From IMG/VR virus record IMGVR_UViG_3300023109_001684: DNA of 64,000 nt; one strand, written 5' to 3'. The DNA comes from a virus. The position numbers and the translations under genes were made by a program. Each line of letters begins with the position of its first letter. The stretch's first letter is position 1. Below, piece by piece: positions 11,301 to 19,172 of the stretch. The notes under the pieces are model-generated. The model did no database searches, was not told where the DNA came from, and was given only the letters and a program-made list of their open reading frames with translations.

Positions 11301-12922
11301 TGTACTTGGCCTTCATTAATTACAATACTACTTTCACCAGTATCTTGGTTAATAAAAAAGTTATCACCAATTCTAAAATTGCCAGCATGATTAACAGTTT
11401 GATAATAAATGTTACCACTGTTTAATTTTGATATTTCTTGCGATTGTATAACTCGACTAGGATCATTATCAGAATATTTTCCTACACCAACATATGCCAT
11501 ATTGTGTTGTATAAGGTACATTAACGTATCTGAACCGTCTGCTACTGCTCCGTAATTTCCATAGACATTTGCAGATCCTATTGATCTTATTTCTGCGCCG
11601 TAGTCTACTGTTGACCCGTCTGTGCTTAGATGTCCTGTGCTTCCGTTAACAGCATACAGTCCTCTATTTGCAAAATATGTAAACGAGTTTAACCATTCAA
11701 CTTTTACACCATTAGTCATTGTAAGTGCATCAACACCCGGAGTAATAAATGTTACAGCATGGAACAACATACTTGCATCTTTACTAGTGCTTAGTACACT
11801 TGCTCCGTCTACTAGGGCGCCTTTACCAGCATCACCTTGTGCAAAACCTCTTGGGTCACTTGCACTTGTTACGCTACCTCTTGTAAGTACAGTTATGTTT
11901 TGAACATACGGGCTACGACTTGTTACTGTTGCGTTCGGCGCAAAACTAAATGCATACCCTGTATAAAAATCTTTTATAGTTAAATTAGTTACACTTGATT
12001 CGCCATTGAGTAGAAAAATATTATTTGCATTAGTAGCTTGCGTAGGTTTAACTATAGTATTTCTTAAATCAAGACCAGTTATTGTTACGCCTTGAGGAAC
12101 TGTTATAGGACAAATTTCCTCATATTCGCCTGGCGCAATATGAATAGTGTCGCCTGCTGATGCTTGTGATGCCGCATGCGCAATTGTAAGGAATGGTCCT
12201 TGTGGATGATCGCCTACATTTGCGTTATCGCCGTTAGTTGACACATAATACAAATTACCAGGTCTTGTGCCAATGTTAACGTTGCCAATAAGAGCAACTT
12301 GTGCGTCAATGTCTTGACCGTTTAATAGTCTTGCTTCAATTGTCTGCCAGCGTTTTCCTGGAGTACCTAAGTTATAAGTTACGTCAGCATCAGGAATAAT
12401 ATTTGATGTAACGTCTGCGTCAAATGTTATACTATCTGTGTCTGCATTACCAAATGTAACGTCACCGTCTAATCGTACATCACCTGTAACATTTAGATTA
12501 TTCTCAACCCATAAGTTATTAAACTCAGTTATACCAGTTCCGTTTGGTCTTAATTCAATATTAGTATCTGTAGTATATGTACTAATACGATCGTCGTCAA
12601 TTAGTAAATTATCTGTTTTTACTCGATTAGCTGTAATGTTATGCCTTGCATCGAGTACAATATTATTAGTGCCGCCGAACGGTTGCACTGTGCTGTTTGT
12701 AAAATTTAGTATTGGAAAATTAGCTTCAGTATCTACAATTAAATTTGTAGATCTAGTAGTTTGAGAATTTTGTAATTCATTACTTGGAGAGTTAGTCTTA
12801 ACACCTACTCTACCGCTACTAACGTCAAGATATATTAAGTCAGTTTCAAAGCTGAGATCAATACCGTTACGTATTAAATTTTCTTGTAATAATGGTCCTG
12901 ATATTCTACCTACTTGCGACAT
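8348..12922 (-). CDS. Long tail-fibre/adhesin-like protein (1524 aa), paralog of 3468-8201
   Basis: ORF track; near-identical N-terminus (GRISGPLL..NLIRNGIDL.FETDL.YLDVS) and the same repeat architecture. Confidence 0.75.
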   Translation of the reverse strand: MSQVGRISGPLLQENLIRNGIDLSFETDLIYLDVSSGRVGVKTNSPSNELQNSQTTRSTNLIVDTEANFPILNFTNSTVQPFGGTNNIVLDARHNITANRVKTDNLLIDDDRISTYTTDTNIELRPNGTGITEFNNLWVENNLNVTGDVRLDGDVTFGNADTDSITFDADVTSNIIPDADVTYNLGTPGKRWQTIEARLLNGQDIDAQVALIGNVNIGTRPGNLYYVSTNGDNANVGDHPQGPFLTIAHAASQASAGDTIHIAPGEYEEICPITVPQGVTITGLDLRNTIVKPTQATNANNIFLLNGESSVTNLTIKDFYTGYAFSFAPNATVTSRSPYVQNITVLTRGSVTSASDPRGFAQGDAGKGALVDGASVLSTSKDASMLFHAVTFITPGVDALTMTNGVKVEWLNSFTYFANRGLYAVNGSTGHLSTDGSTVDYGAEIRSIGSANVYGNYGAVADGSDTLMYLIQHNMAYVGVGKYSDNDPSRVIQSQEISKLNSGNIYYQTVNHAGNFRIGDNFFINQDTGESSIVINEGQVQGFGRLRATTNGNVTIIDGEEVSTGNLLFNQNTISSVIGDINVDAFGGDINLLDNTNVTGDVDITGDLTFDGQLNLMGNQASDTLKFNVNFDQDINPNITSSYDLGSLNKKWNGIWLTEAQIDDIHIEDNFITTDSSNADLDLRANGTGDILIPNNNVQVDNNLTVSGDTDLQSLDVTGNIQLVGDKNTTGNISITNLNLDGNLVSGSQVQLEEILVDGNVITTTTLNADLELRAAGTGTINTSEQVQINNNLSLSDLSAPNSIITVTDNVRFDTANITNVVIQGNKITHKPSVGNDYLRLMNVTNISADTIVQNNVIVNGTTDIDNVTVNGNITQTGNKTQTGNYTLAGEFSNSNLYIEDNFITTTESNSDLELRANGTGDILIDTDDTVTISNNLTVGGVLQYNGFLQINGDVTLQGNIQDGNLTITEDFNVTGNLDVTGNAQLEEILIDDNFITTTTSNADLELRANGTGDILFTENTVIPNTMSSPSMDTNNIVNSQIITSNKFSTTDNNITIDDNFITTELSNSNLELRATGNVVSQENTIINQNLTVNGDTDLQDTTITGTITYVGDNNQTGNLNLTGDINLSGNFSITNQPFLFEDILIDGNVLTTTLSNSNLSLESNGTGTVNFDSNVNVTNNLTARDITVTDIVINDEFALENMVSATDVQLFDNVITTSNSNSNLELRAAGTGFVELQNIKFNENVISTTDSTIILNTTNIDIQSNSSLQIPVGDISQRIQRLADEIIDGGDADDILITVYDGGDATTIFGPNDLILDAGVAPVPSGNLGDIRYNSQLGLFEGFSQDLQYFGGVYSANSRTNVSTTTNNTVEFNVNNSLVGTLTSTELSMTGLDVDAISIRNNNIAISGANDLTLSPPGTGITIPNGLKFDNNIILNESATGLVIGQTGFGYTKINSTTGVVTPVGDETNKGATPQQGEIRWNTALEIQEVYNGTEWIAARGIVDNVNASEFEEIIDFWTLVLG

Positions 12923-12940
12923 AATTTACTCCTGTGCAAG

Positions 12941-12948
12941 TATTTATC
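12941..12948 (-). promoter_or_regulatory. T4-type late promoter (GATAAATA)
   Basis: Motif directly upstream of the AGGAG SD and ATG of the 1524-aa gene. Confidence 0.65.
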
Positions 12949-12951
12949 GGG

Positions 12952-13503
12952 TTATTTGTCGAAGTTATGTACTACAGTTACAGGCTTAGCAAGATCAACT
13001 GGACTTGTAAACTTAATATACCAACCGTCTGCATACGGTGAATTAGGTCCTGTTAAATTACCTGCTGAACTTTGTTCTAATGTATAGTTTGTTGTAGGTA
13101 GTTGAACAACGTTCTCAACTAATACAATTACATGTTCTGCTGCTTCTGGTTGTACATAATCCGGATCGCCACTGTTAAGTATGCCAAACACCGTTTCGGT
13201 TGCATCGCCGTTACCTAAGTTTTGCCATACAATGCCTGGATTTGTGTTTGGTTCTTTATAGCGTAAACGTCTCCACTCACTGTCATTGTATGCTTCTAAG
13301 CCAATCTCAACTCCGCCTGTATCTAATGATGTATTATAGCGAATGTGCCCGTTATTAGGTGTAGCTGGGCGTTGTGCTGTTGTACCTTTAGGCACAAGCA
13401 TACTATTTGTTGAGTCAACAATTACTTGATCGTCAATATCATACTTAACACCTTTTCCGTAGATGTTGCGTAGATTAGTGTTTTGTGCCTTAAGTAATCT
13501 CAT
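12952..13503 (-). CDS. Virion protein with fibre-type PKGTTAQRP...IRYN motif (183 aa)
   Basis: ORF track; motif shared with the C-termini of the long fibre proteins. Confidence 0.7.
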   Translation of the reverse strand: MRLLKAQNTNLRNIYGKGVKYDIDDQVIVDSTNSMLVPKGTTAQRPATPNNGHIRYNTSLDTGGVEIGLEAYNDSEWRRLRYKEPNTNPGIVWQNLGNGDATETVFGILNSGDPDYVQPEAAEHVIVLVENVVQLPTTNYTLEQSSAGNLTGPNSPYADGWYIKFTSPVDLAKPVTVVHNFDK

Positions 13504-13884
13504 TTATAATACCTTCATATAGCTCACTGTACATGCTAGTCTTCCTGTACCGCCTACACTTGCTTCACCGTTTATTACAACACTGTCGCCGCCTTCTAAA
13601 ATTACACGCTCAGTGTCAAACGTAAATGTTTCGCCAGCTGGTAAAGACAGTCTGCGAACTACACTAGTAGTAGCATCTGCATATGCTCCTGTACTAGGAA
13701 CTAGGTGTAAATCAAATGCACAAGTTTCGTTTTCTGGATTTGCAGCAGTAGGATTGTAAGTGTTACAGACAAGAATATTTGTAATTGCCCATTGCTCACC
13801 TACTGGTACTGTTAACATTGTATACCTAAAGTTATTAGGTGCATTTGCTACGTTATCTATAATTGCTTGATTTACTATTGCCAT
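13504..13884 (-). CDS. Small beta-rich virion protein (126 aa)
   Basis: ORF track; operon packing; resembles the 109-aa protein. Confidence 0.7.
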   Translation of the reverse strand: MAIVNQAIIDNVANAPNNFRYTMLTVPVGEQWAITNILVCNTYNPTAANPENETCAFDLHLVPSTGAYADATTSVVRRLSLPAGETFTFDTERVILEGGDSVVINGEASVGGTGRLACTVSYMKVL

Positions 13885-13893
13885 TTTATTTCC

Positions 13894-14910
13894 TTAAAAA
13901 ATCATACTATACAAAAGTGCTCTGTTTCTACTTACTAGTTCATCTCTTTGTGAATTTTCATTAACAAAAAAGAGTCCAGAACCTCCAGCATTACTGGTAT
14001 TTGCAAAAACTGTAACACCTTCATCAGGTACAGGAATATTATCAGGTGTAGTTTGATCACCTTCGTGACCTAATCTTTGTATTCTAAAATTATCTTCAAT
14101 AACAACTTGACCTGTACCCATTGCTCCGAGTATCAAATCGTTACCGCTTGTTTCTGTTGTTTTTAACTCAACGCCTCGTCCAGTTAAAGACTCTATTCTT
14201 AAACCATACAAGTCAGCATAGTCGCCAAACACTTCAACTACATCAACGTCATCGATAGTAGCTACTATACGACTAGGTGTGCCAGTTTGCGAATCATCAA
14301 ATGTTTCAAATTTTGTTAAATTACCAATTGGACCTTCTTGTATCCTGCTTGGTACTGTTACGTTAAAGAAGTTTGTAATTGAATCATCAACATATTTTTT
14401 ATTCGGAATATCATCATCGTCAGTTACTCGTAACTCGTAGTCGTTTGCGCCGTCAATAGATATTTTTGCACTAGCATTATTACTATCAATATAAAATGCA
14501 AAAGGATTACCGCTTGTTGTAATACTAACAGTTTCAATACCTAATATATTTCCTGACGTATCCCTACCAGACCAACCACCGCTTCTAGTAGTTCCTGGTA
14601 CAGTAGTATCAGTCCAATCAATTGCATCAACAAATAACCATCTACCGTTAACGTCAGTTCCTCTTTCTACTTCGATACCAGCTTGACCGCCTCTAGTGAT
14701 GCCGCTTGCTGTTTCACCTTGATTTAATATTATAATATTATCTTCAATGGTCATGTTAGTAGTTTCAACTACTGTAGATTGGCCTTGTACTACTAAATCA
14801 CCAGTAATAACAACATCTCCAATCTCATTGCCTGTATCAAGAGTTATTCTTCCTCCTGATTCTGTAGAGATTTTGTAATCACCGCCAATTTTTAAAAACT
14901 TTGTTGACAT
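13894..14910 (-). CDS. Fibre-like virion protein (338 aa)
   Basis: ORF track; ITGDLVVQG..T.V.T.N..IEDNII.LN and AGIEVERG motifs typical of phage fibre proteins. Confidence 0.7.
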   Translation of the reverse strand: MSTKFLKIGGDYKISTESGGRITLDTGNEIGDVVITGDLVVQGQSTVVETTNMTIEDNIIILNQGETASGITRGGQAGIEVERGTDVNGRWLFVDAIDWTDTTVPGTTRSGGWSGRDTSGNILGIETVSITTSGNPFAFYIDSNNASAKISIDGANDYELRVTDDDDIPNKKYVDDSITNFFNVTVPSRIQEGPIGNLTKFETFDDSQTGTPSRIVATIDDVDVVEVFGDYADLYGLRIESLTGRGVELKTTETSGNDLILGAMGTGQVVIEDNFRIQRLGHEGDQTTPDNIPVPDEGVTVFANTSNAGGSGLFFVNENSQRDELVSRNRALLYSMIF

Positions 14911-15273
14911 TTAAATATCCCTTAGCAAAACAATAGATTGTGTTGAATCATGATCAAGTTCCCACTTATAATTATTATTCTTAAAATCTATCATTATATC
15001 ATTTATTACTTTCTTTATAAAAACACTAGAACACATCTTTAAACAAATTGCATATAACGACATTTCGTTATCTTTTAATTCATCTGTATCTTTAGATACT
15101 AATGTACATGTTCCAATGTTTCCGTTGTTATCTTTAACCTTAAATGTATTATCGGAAAGTTGCTCTAAAACAGACCCAAATGGATCTGCCTTAGAGTTTC
15201 CTATCTTAACCGAAACGATCAAATCTTTTAGATTTTTTAAAAAATTCCAAAAAACATTAATTGGTCGTTCCAT
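14911..15273 (-). CDS. Hypothetical protein (120 aa), diverged paralog of the 152-aa neighbour
   Basis: ORF track; MERPIN vs MGRPLN start and shared Q..F.V...C.L..K...L...EM pattern. Confidence 0.6.
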   Translation of the reverse strand: MERPINVFWNFLKNLKDLIVSVKIGNSKADPFGSVLEQLSDNTFKVKDNNGNIGTCTLVSKDTDELKDNEMSLYAICLKMCSSVFIKKVINDIMIDFKNNNYKWELDHDSTQSIVLLRDI

Positions 15274-15284
15274 TACATCAGTCC

Positions 15285-15743
15285 TTATGCGTCTGCTGTG
15301 AAATCGTCATCATCAGTGTTGGAGACATCATCTTCACCAGCTTCTTCAACTTGTGCTGCACCATCTGTAGTACTTGTACTAAAGTTCCATGGCACTGACT
15401 TTCCGTCATATGCGTTTGCGCCTGTAGCACTTGGAGCAACTAGTGTTACTTTACGTCCAGAAATTTTACTTACTGTGTATGTTTCTGCATCATCCATTTT
15501 GAATGAAATAGCCATTTCACCTGCTGTTAGTGCTGCTGGTAATTTGCCAGTTGTTAGCACACAAGTATGTAATGTATCTAACGTACCTGTTTCTGAACAT
15601 ACGAATCTTTTAGATCCTTTTTGCTTTACAATGAAGCCTTCTTTAACGCCTGCTCCGTCGTGAAAGTTAACTTTGATTTCATCTCCTGCACCAGGACCTG
15701 TAGTAGCATCTGCAAAAAATCTCTTGTTTAGTGGTCTTCCCAT
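15285..15743 (-). CDS. Probable abundant virion (head-associated/decoration) protein (152 aa)
   Basis: ORF track; strong SD; own late promoter; first protein gene downstream of the major capsid gene. Function inferred from position only. Confidence 0.6.
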   Translation of the reverse strand: MGRPLNKRFFADATTGPGAGDEIKVNFHDGAGVKEGFIVKQKGSKRFVCSETGTLDTLHTCVLTTGKLPAALTAGEMAISFKMDDAETYTVSKISGRKVTLVAPSATGANAYDGKSVPWNFSTSTTDGAAQVEEAGEDDVSNTDDDDFTADA

Positions 15744-15839
15744 TTTTTTTCTCCTATAAAAAGTAGTCCAATGCCCGTTCTATGAGCTACGCTGTGGGTA
15801 CAGCATAAGTCCGCCTTGCGGCACACTATTTGACATTAG

Positions 15840-15847
15840 TATTTATC
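15840..15847 (-). promoter_or_regulatory. T4-type late promoter (GATAAATA) followed by a ~90-nt structured leader
   Basis: Motif plus hairpins GCC-GCAA-GGC and UAUGCUGU-ACCC-ACAGCGUA before the 152-aa gene. Confidence 0.6.
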
Positions 15848-15859
15848 AAAGGGTTAACA

Positions 15860-15906
15860 GAAAAGAAAAAGAAAAAAGGCCTACCGCATTAGTGGGTAGA
15901 CCTTTT
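15860..15906 (-). terminator. Rho-independent terminator
   Basis: Minus strand AGGUCUACC...GGUAGGCCU stem followed by UUUUUUCUUUUUCUUUU. Confidence 0.8.
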
Positions 15907-15909
15907 AAT

Positions 15910-16120
15910 AATAAAGTGATAGGTTGGGATTAATGATTACCAACAACTCCTCAGCAACTCATTTCTAAGTTCGGAGAGCCTAACATCGGAAAGTTACTTC
16001 CAAAATACGCATCTTTGTATCTCTACACTCATGCGCTCCTACTACAGGTGCTAGCCAAGTTTACAACGCTGCGGTTGCTTATTCCTTGCACTATCTAATC
16101 TAAACCGTCGTCTAGCTTAT
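15910..16120 (-). ncRNA. Candidate stand-alone structured ncRNA (~210-240 nt), family unassigned
   Basis: Bounded by a sigma70-like promoter and a terminator; no ORF longer than a few codons; terminal helix GAUAG/CUAUC and several hairpins with GNRA loops. Confidence 0.65.
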
Positions 16121-16126
16121 GTACTT

Positions 16127-16154
16127 AATATAACATCATTATAAACAATGTCAA
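16127..16154 (-). promoter_or_regulatory. sigma70-like promoter TTGACA-N16-TATATT with extended -10 TG
   Basis: -35 at 16149-16154, -10 at 16127-16132, immediately after the capsid terminator. Confidence 0.65.
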
Positions 16155-16174
16155 CCACTTTTTTAAAAAAAGTC

Positions 16175-16201
16175 AAAAAAATAGGCCCCGAAGGGCCTAT
16201 T
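16175..16201 (-). terminator. Rho-independent terminator of the major capsid gene
   Basis: AUAGGCCC-UUCG-GGGCCUAU hairpin followed by a U run. Confidence 0.9.
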
Positions 16202-16220
16202 CTAGTTTAATAAATTAAAC

Positions 16221-17402
16221 TTAGCTGAAGCTTACTGCACTGTTAGTAATGTCAACTTTACCTAAGTAATCAGCTGCGTTACCAAGCGATGATGCTGTGT
16301 TGTTTAGTTCCACATAACCATAACGTGTCATGAATGATACAGTTGGTTCAAATGTATCTGGATCTAGTACAACGCCTGAGCTCATTAGTGGGATATATGG
16401 GCAATAGAACGCTGCTGCGTCTGATTCGCTTGATCCTTTGTAACCAATAAGTACTGGACTGCTGTCAGCTGCATATGTGTTTACATATACTTTCATTGCA
16501 TTGTTCAATGTACCAACCATTTTAGTGTTAGTTGGTGCTTCGAATGTACCTTCTGTTGTTCTTGCGAACGCTGAAGTTGTAGCAGACTGTAGGATAGTTA
16601 GTGCAAATGGTGATACCACTGCCCAGTTACCTGCGCCTCTACGTGTACGCTGTGCAATCAAGTTACTTACGCGGTTGATTTGTACTGCTAATGCAGCATG
16701 CTCATCACCTACGAAAGTAGCTGTGCCACTTACTGCTGATTGGTCATAAGTTTCAGCAGCAGATCCTGCTAGTGAACCTAAAGAAGCTAATACTTCTTGA
16801 TCAATTTCAGCTGTAATTTCTTGTGCTAGAGCAGCCATAATTTCTGCTTCAACATCAATACCATGCTGTGACTGTGCATCTTGAGCTGCCTCAAAGGTCC
16901 AACGTGCTGATAGCTTACGTGATTTAGCTTCAACAGTCTGCTTTAAGATCTGAATGCTCATTCTGTTGCCTGCCGCGCCTTCTAATGCGCTTGTGGCTGC
17001 TGCCCTGTCGTCTGCTGCGGCACCTGAGTAACCTTCAGCAATTTTGAATGGGCTTAGTGCTTCATCACCAGCTGCTGTGTCTGTTCCGTTGGTGCTGTTA
17101 AAAGCATCTGCGTAACGTACACGTAGTGTGTGAATCTGACCAACTGGACCAGTCATAGGTTGTACACCTACTAACTCGTTAGCAATAACAGTTGGCATAA
17201 CACGTCTGATAACTGGTAGGATAACACGGTTAAGTGTTGCTACGTTACCTGCGCTTGTTGCACCCGCTGTTGCAGCTTCTGAAAGATACTTGCGAGTGTT
17301 TTCTAGTGTGGCAGCCATTACTGACTTCTTGTTACCGTCTAGGCCTTCAAGAAGAGCAGTCTTTGTGTCTGTCCAGCGACTTTCTAATAGTTCTGACATC
17401 AT
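16221..17402 (-). CDS. gp23: Major capsid protein, T4 gp23-like (393 aa)
   Basis: Motifs RRVMPTVIANELVGVQPMTGPVGQI, VEAKSRKLSARWT.EAAQD, EIDQE, FYCPYIPL, F.TRYG; synteny. Confidence 0.96.
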   Translation of the reverse strand: MMSELLESRWTDTKTALLEGLDGNKKSVMAATLENTRKYLSEAATAGATSAGNVATLNRVILPVIRRVMPTVIANELVGVQPMTGPVGQIHTLRVRYADAFNSTNGTDTAAGDEALSPFKIAEGYSGAAADDRAAATSALEGAAGNRMSIQILKQTVEAKSRKLSARWTFEAAQDAQSQHGIDVEAEIMAALAQEITAEIDQEVLASLGSLAGSAAETYDQSAVSGTATFVGDEHAALAVQINRVSNLIAQRTRRGAGNWAVVSPFALTILQSATTSAFARTTEGTFEAPTNTKMVGTLNNAMKVYVNTYAADSSPVLIGYKGSSESDAAAFYCPYIPLMSSGVVLDPDTFEPTVSFMTRYGYVELNNTASSLGNAADYLGKVDITNSAVSFS

Positions 17403-17409
17403 AATCTCC

Positions 17410-18507
17410 TTAATTTAATCCAGCAAGACGGCGTAAGTCTAATACATTAGAATCGTCTGCTTTTGGTGTCATAGTTTTTTCTTGTGTTCTGTTGCCTGTA
17501 ATTTCTTTTGCCTCTGATAAGACTGCCTTGCGCTTCGCTGGTCCGTTGCCGTCAATAACTGATGGTAGGTACTTATTGAAAGATTTATTTAATCTGTCAG
17601 TTTGTACACTTTCCAGTAAGTCTGTCATGATATCGCGCTGATCCTTTGATAAAGGAGCAACTAGATCTGTCATAATTTTCTCTCTGCGAACTGATTCAGA
17701 AAGTACTTTATTTTTATTTTGCTGTGCTTCTGCAATTTCAATAGCTTTCTTAGCAGCAACTTTTGCTTCACTAATCTGCTTGTTCTTTGCATCGACAACT
17801 TTTAAAAGTTTAGATGTTTCTGAGTTTTCGTTTAGATAGCTACTTGTGTATTCACTTGCGAATGCTTCAAATAACTTACGACCAAAGTCGTTCTGTCTTG
17901 CTTCATCAATATCTTCTTTAAGTTGATGTATTTCGCTACGTAGAGCTTTGTCAACTGTTTCTGATACTGCTATTGCACTTCTTTCGATAAAGTCTGTTTT
18001 GACCTTAGCGAAGTGTTCCTTAGCTTCACGTACTAATCGTACTTTCGTTTCAGCTAAGTCTTGTTTATCTTCGTGGAACTCTGCAATTTCTTTAGATAAT
18101 GCTTCAACAACAAAATCTTCAAGTTTAGCATGCTGTACAGCCATTGCTTTGCGTTCTTCGTGTAGTTCGGAAACTTCTGTTTTAAGCTGTTCCATAACAA
18201 AACCTTGCATAAGGTCTGCGTTTTCACGCATAGCAATAGCATACTTCGCTTTTGCTTCAGCTAACTGCTGACGATCTTCTGCAAATTCTGAAATTTCTTC
18301 AGCTAGACGTTCCTCAAGCAACTTGTCAATAGCTTCCACCATTGTTTGCTTGTCATGCTCGTACTTTTGAGCAAACTCCTCACGAAGTTCCGCAGTGACT
18401 GCTTTACGGTTTTCACCGATTTTAGCTTCCCATGCTTCTTGAAGTTCTGCTTTTACATCATCTGTAAGTGCATCGCTTTCGAAGAGTGATTTTAATGCGT
18501 CCAACAT
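17410..18507 (-). CDS. gp22: Prohead core scaffolding protein, T4 gp22-like (365 aa)
   Basis: Coiled-coil, Glu-rich; lies between protease and capsid genes as in T4. Confidence 0.85.
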   Translation of the reverse strand: MLDALKSLFESDALTDDVKAELQEAWEAKIGENRKAVTAELREEFAQKYEHDKQTMVEAIDKLLEERLAEEISEFAEDRQQLAEAKAKYAIAMRENADLMQGFVMEQLKTEVSELHEERKAMAVQHAKLEDFVVEALSKEIAEFHEDKQDLAETKVRLVREAKEHFAKVKTDFIERSAIAVSETVDKALRSEIHQLKEDIDEARQNDFGRKLFEAFASEYTSSYLNENSETSKLLKVVDAKNKQISEAKVAAKKAIEIAEAQQNKNKVLSESVRREKIMTDLVAPLSKDQRDIMTDLLESVQTDRLNKSFNKYLPSVIDGNGPAKRKAVLSEAKEITGNRTQEKTMTPKADDSNVLDLRRLAGLN

Positions 18508-18521
18508 ATTATTCTCCTCGT

Positions 18522-19151
18522 TTATTGGAGACCATTGATTATATTAACCAATTGATTCTTTAAAAACTTTTGTGCCTTTGCATCTTCTTTTGTTGCCTCT
18601 GCTAATTCATATGCCTTCATCCCGCCACGAGTATTCATGATATGTTCATATATCGGAGTTGGATATGCACCAGGGGCGCTGGGTTGAGCCACAACGTCCA
18701 CAGTGATTATTTCAAAACCAGTAACGTTGCCGTTACCGTCAACTTCACCAGAGCCCCTAGAGGAAACACCTAGTTTAACACCTGCTTCTAACATAGTTTT
18801 AACTAACTGTCCCATAGGGGTTGGTAAGATTTTCATTTTGCCGAAACCGTTATCGCCATCCATCCACATATCTGTGATCATATGACTTACACGATCTAAG
18901 TTAATGTTAAGACCCTCTGGGTGGTCAACTTCGCCGATTACACTAAAACCTTCGCTGATTTGATCATTGAGAGTTTTGACAGCCCTTCCAATCTCATTTA
19001 CAGGATACACACGCTGGTTAGCGTTGCGTACTCCGCCCTGGATACAAATACCTTTTAGGTAAAGATCTTTGCCTCCATTTGAGTTTTCCGCGGTCTCAAG
19101 TACCATGCCTGCTTGGTCAAATGTCAAATGTTCTCTTAAAAAGTTGGCCAT
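18522..19151 (-). CDS. gp21: Prohead protease, T4 gp21-like (209 aa)
   Basis: Motifs N.N.RVYP, GEVDHP, GVSSRGSG, DVVAQPSAPGA. Confidence 0.95.
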   Translation of the reverse strand: MANFLREHLTFDQAGMVLETAENSNGGKDLYLKGICIQGGVRNANQRVYPVNEIGRAVKTLNDQISEGFSVIGEVDHPEGLNINLDRVSHMITDMWMDGDNGFGKMKILPTPMGQLVKTMLEAGVKLGVSSRGSGEVDGNGNVTGFEIITVDVVAQPSAPGAYPTPIYEHIMNTRGGMKAYELAEATKEDAKAQKFLKNQLVNIINGLQ

Positions 19152-19172
19152 GTTTGGTTCCTAACGTCTTTT

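Noticed and set aside
3739-12764. Many plus-strand ORFs over the fibre genes, and minus-strand ORFs over the baseplate operon
   Set aside because: Shadow ORFs caused by codon bias of the real genes; no translation signals.
15910-16120. Assignment of the small RNA as tRNA, tmRNA, 6S or RNase P
   Set aside because: No canonical TTCRA T-loop, CCA end, tag peptide or RNase P conserved regions recognisable by eye; left unassigned.
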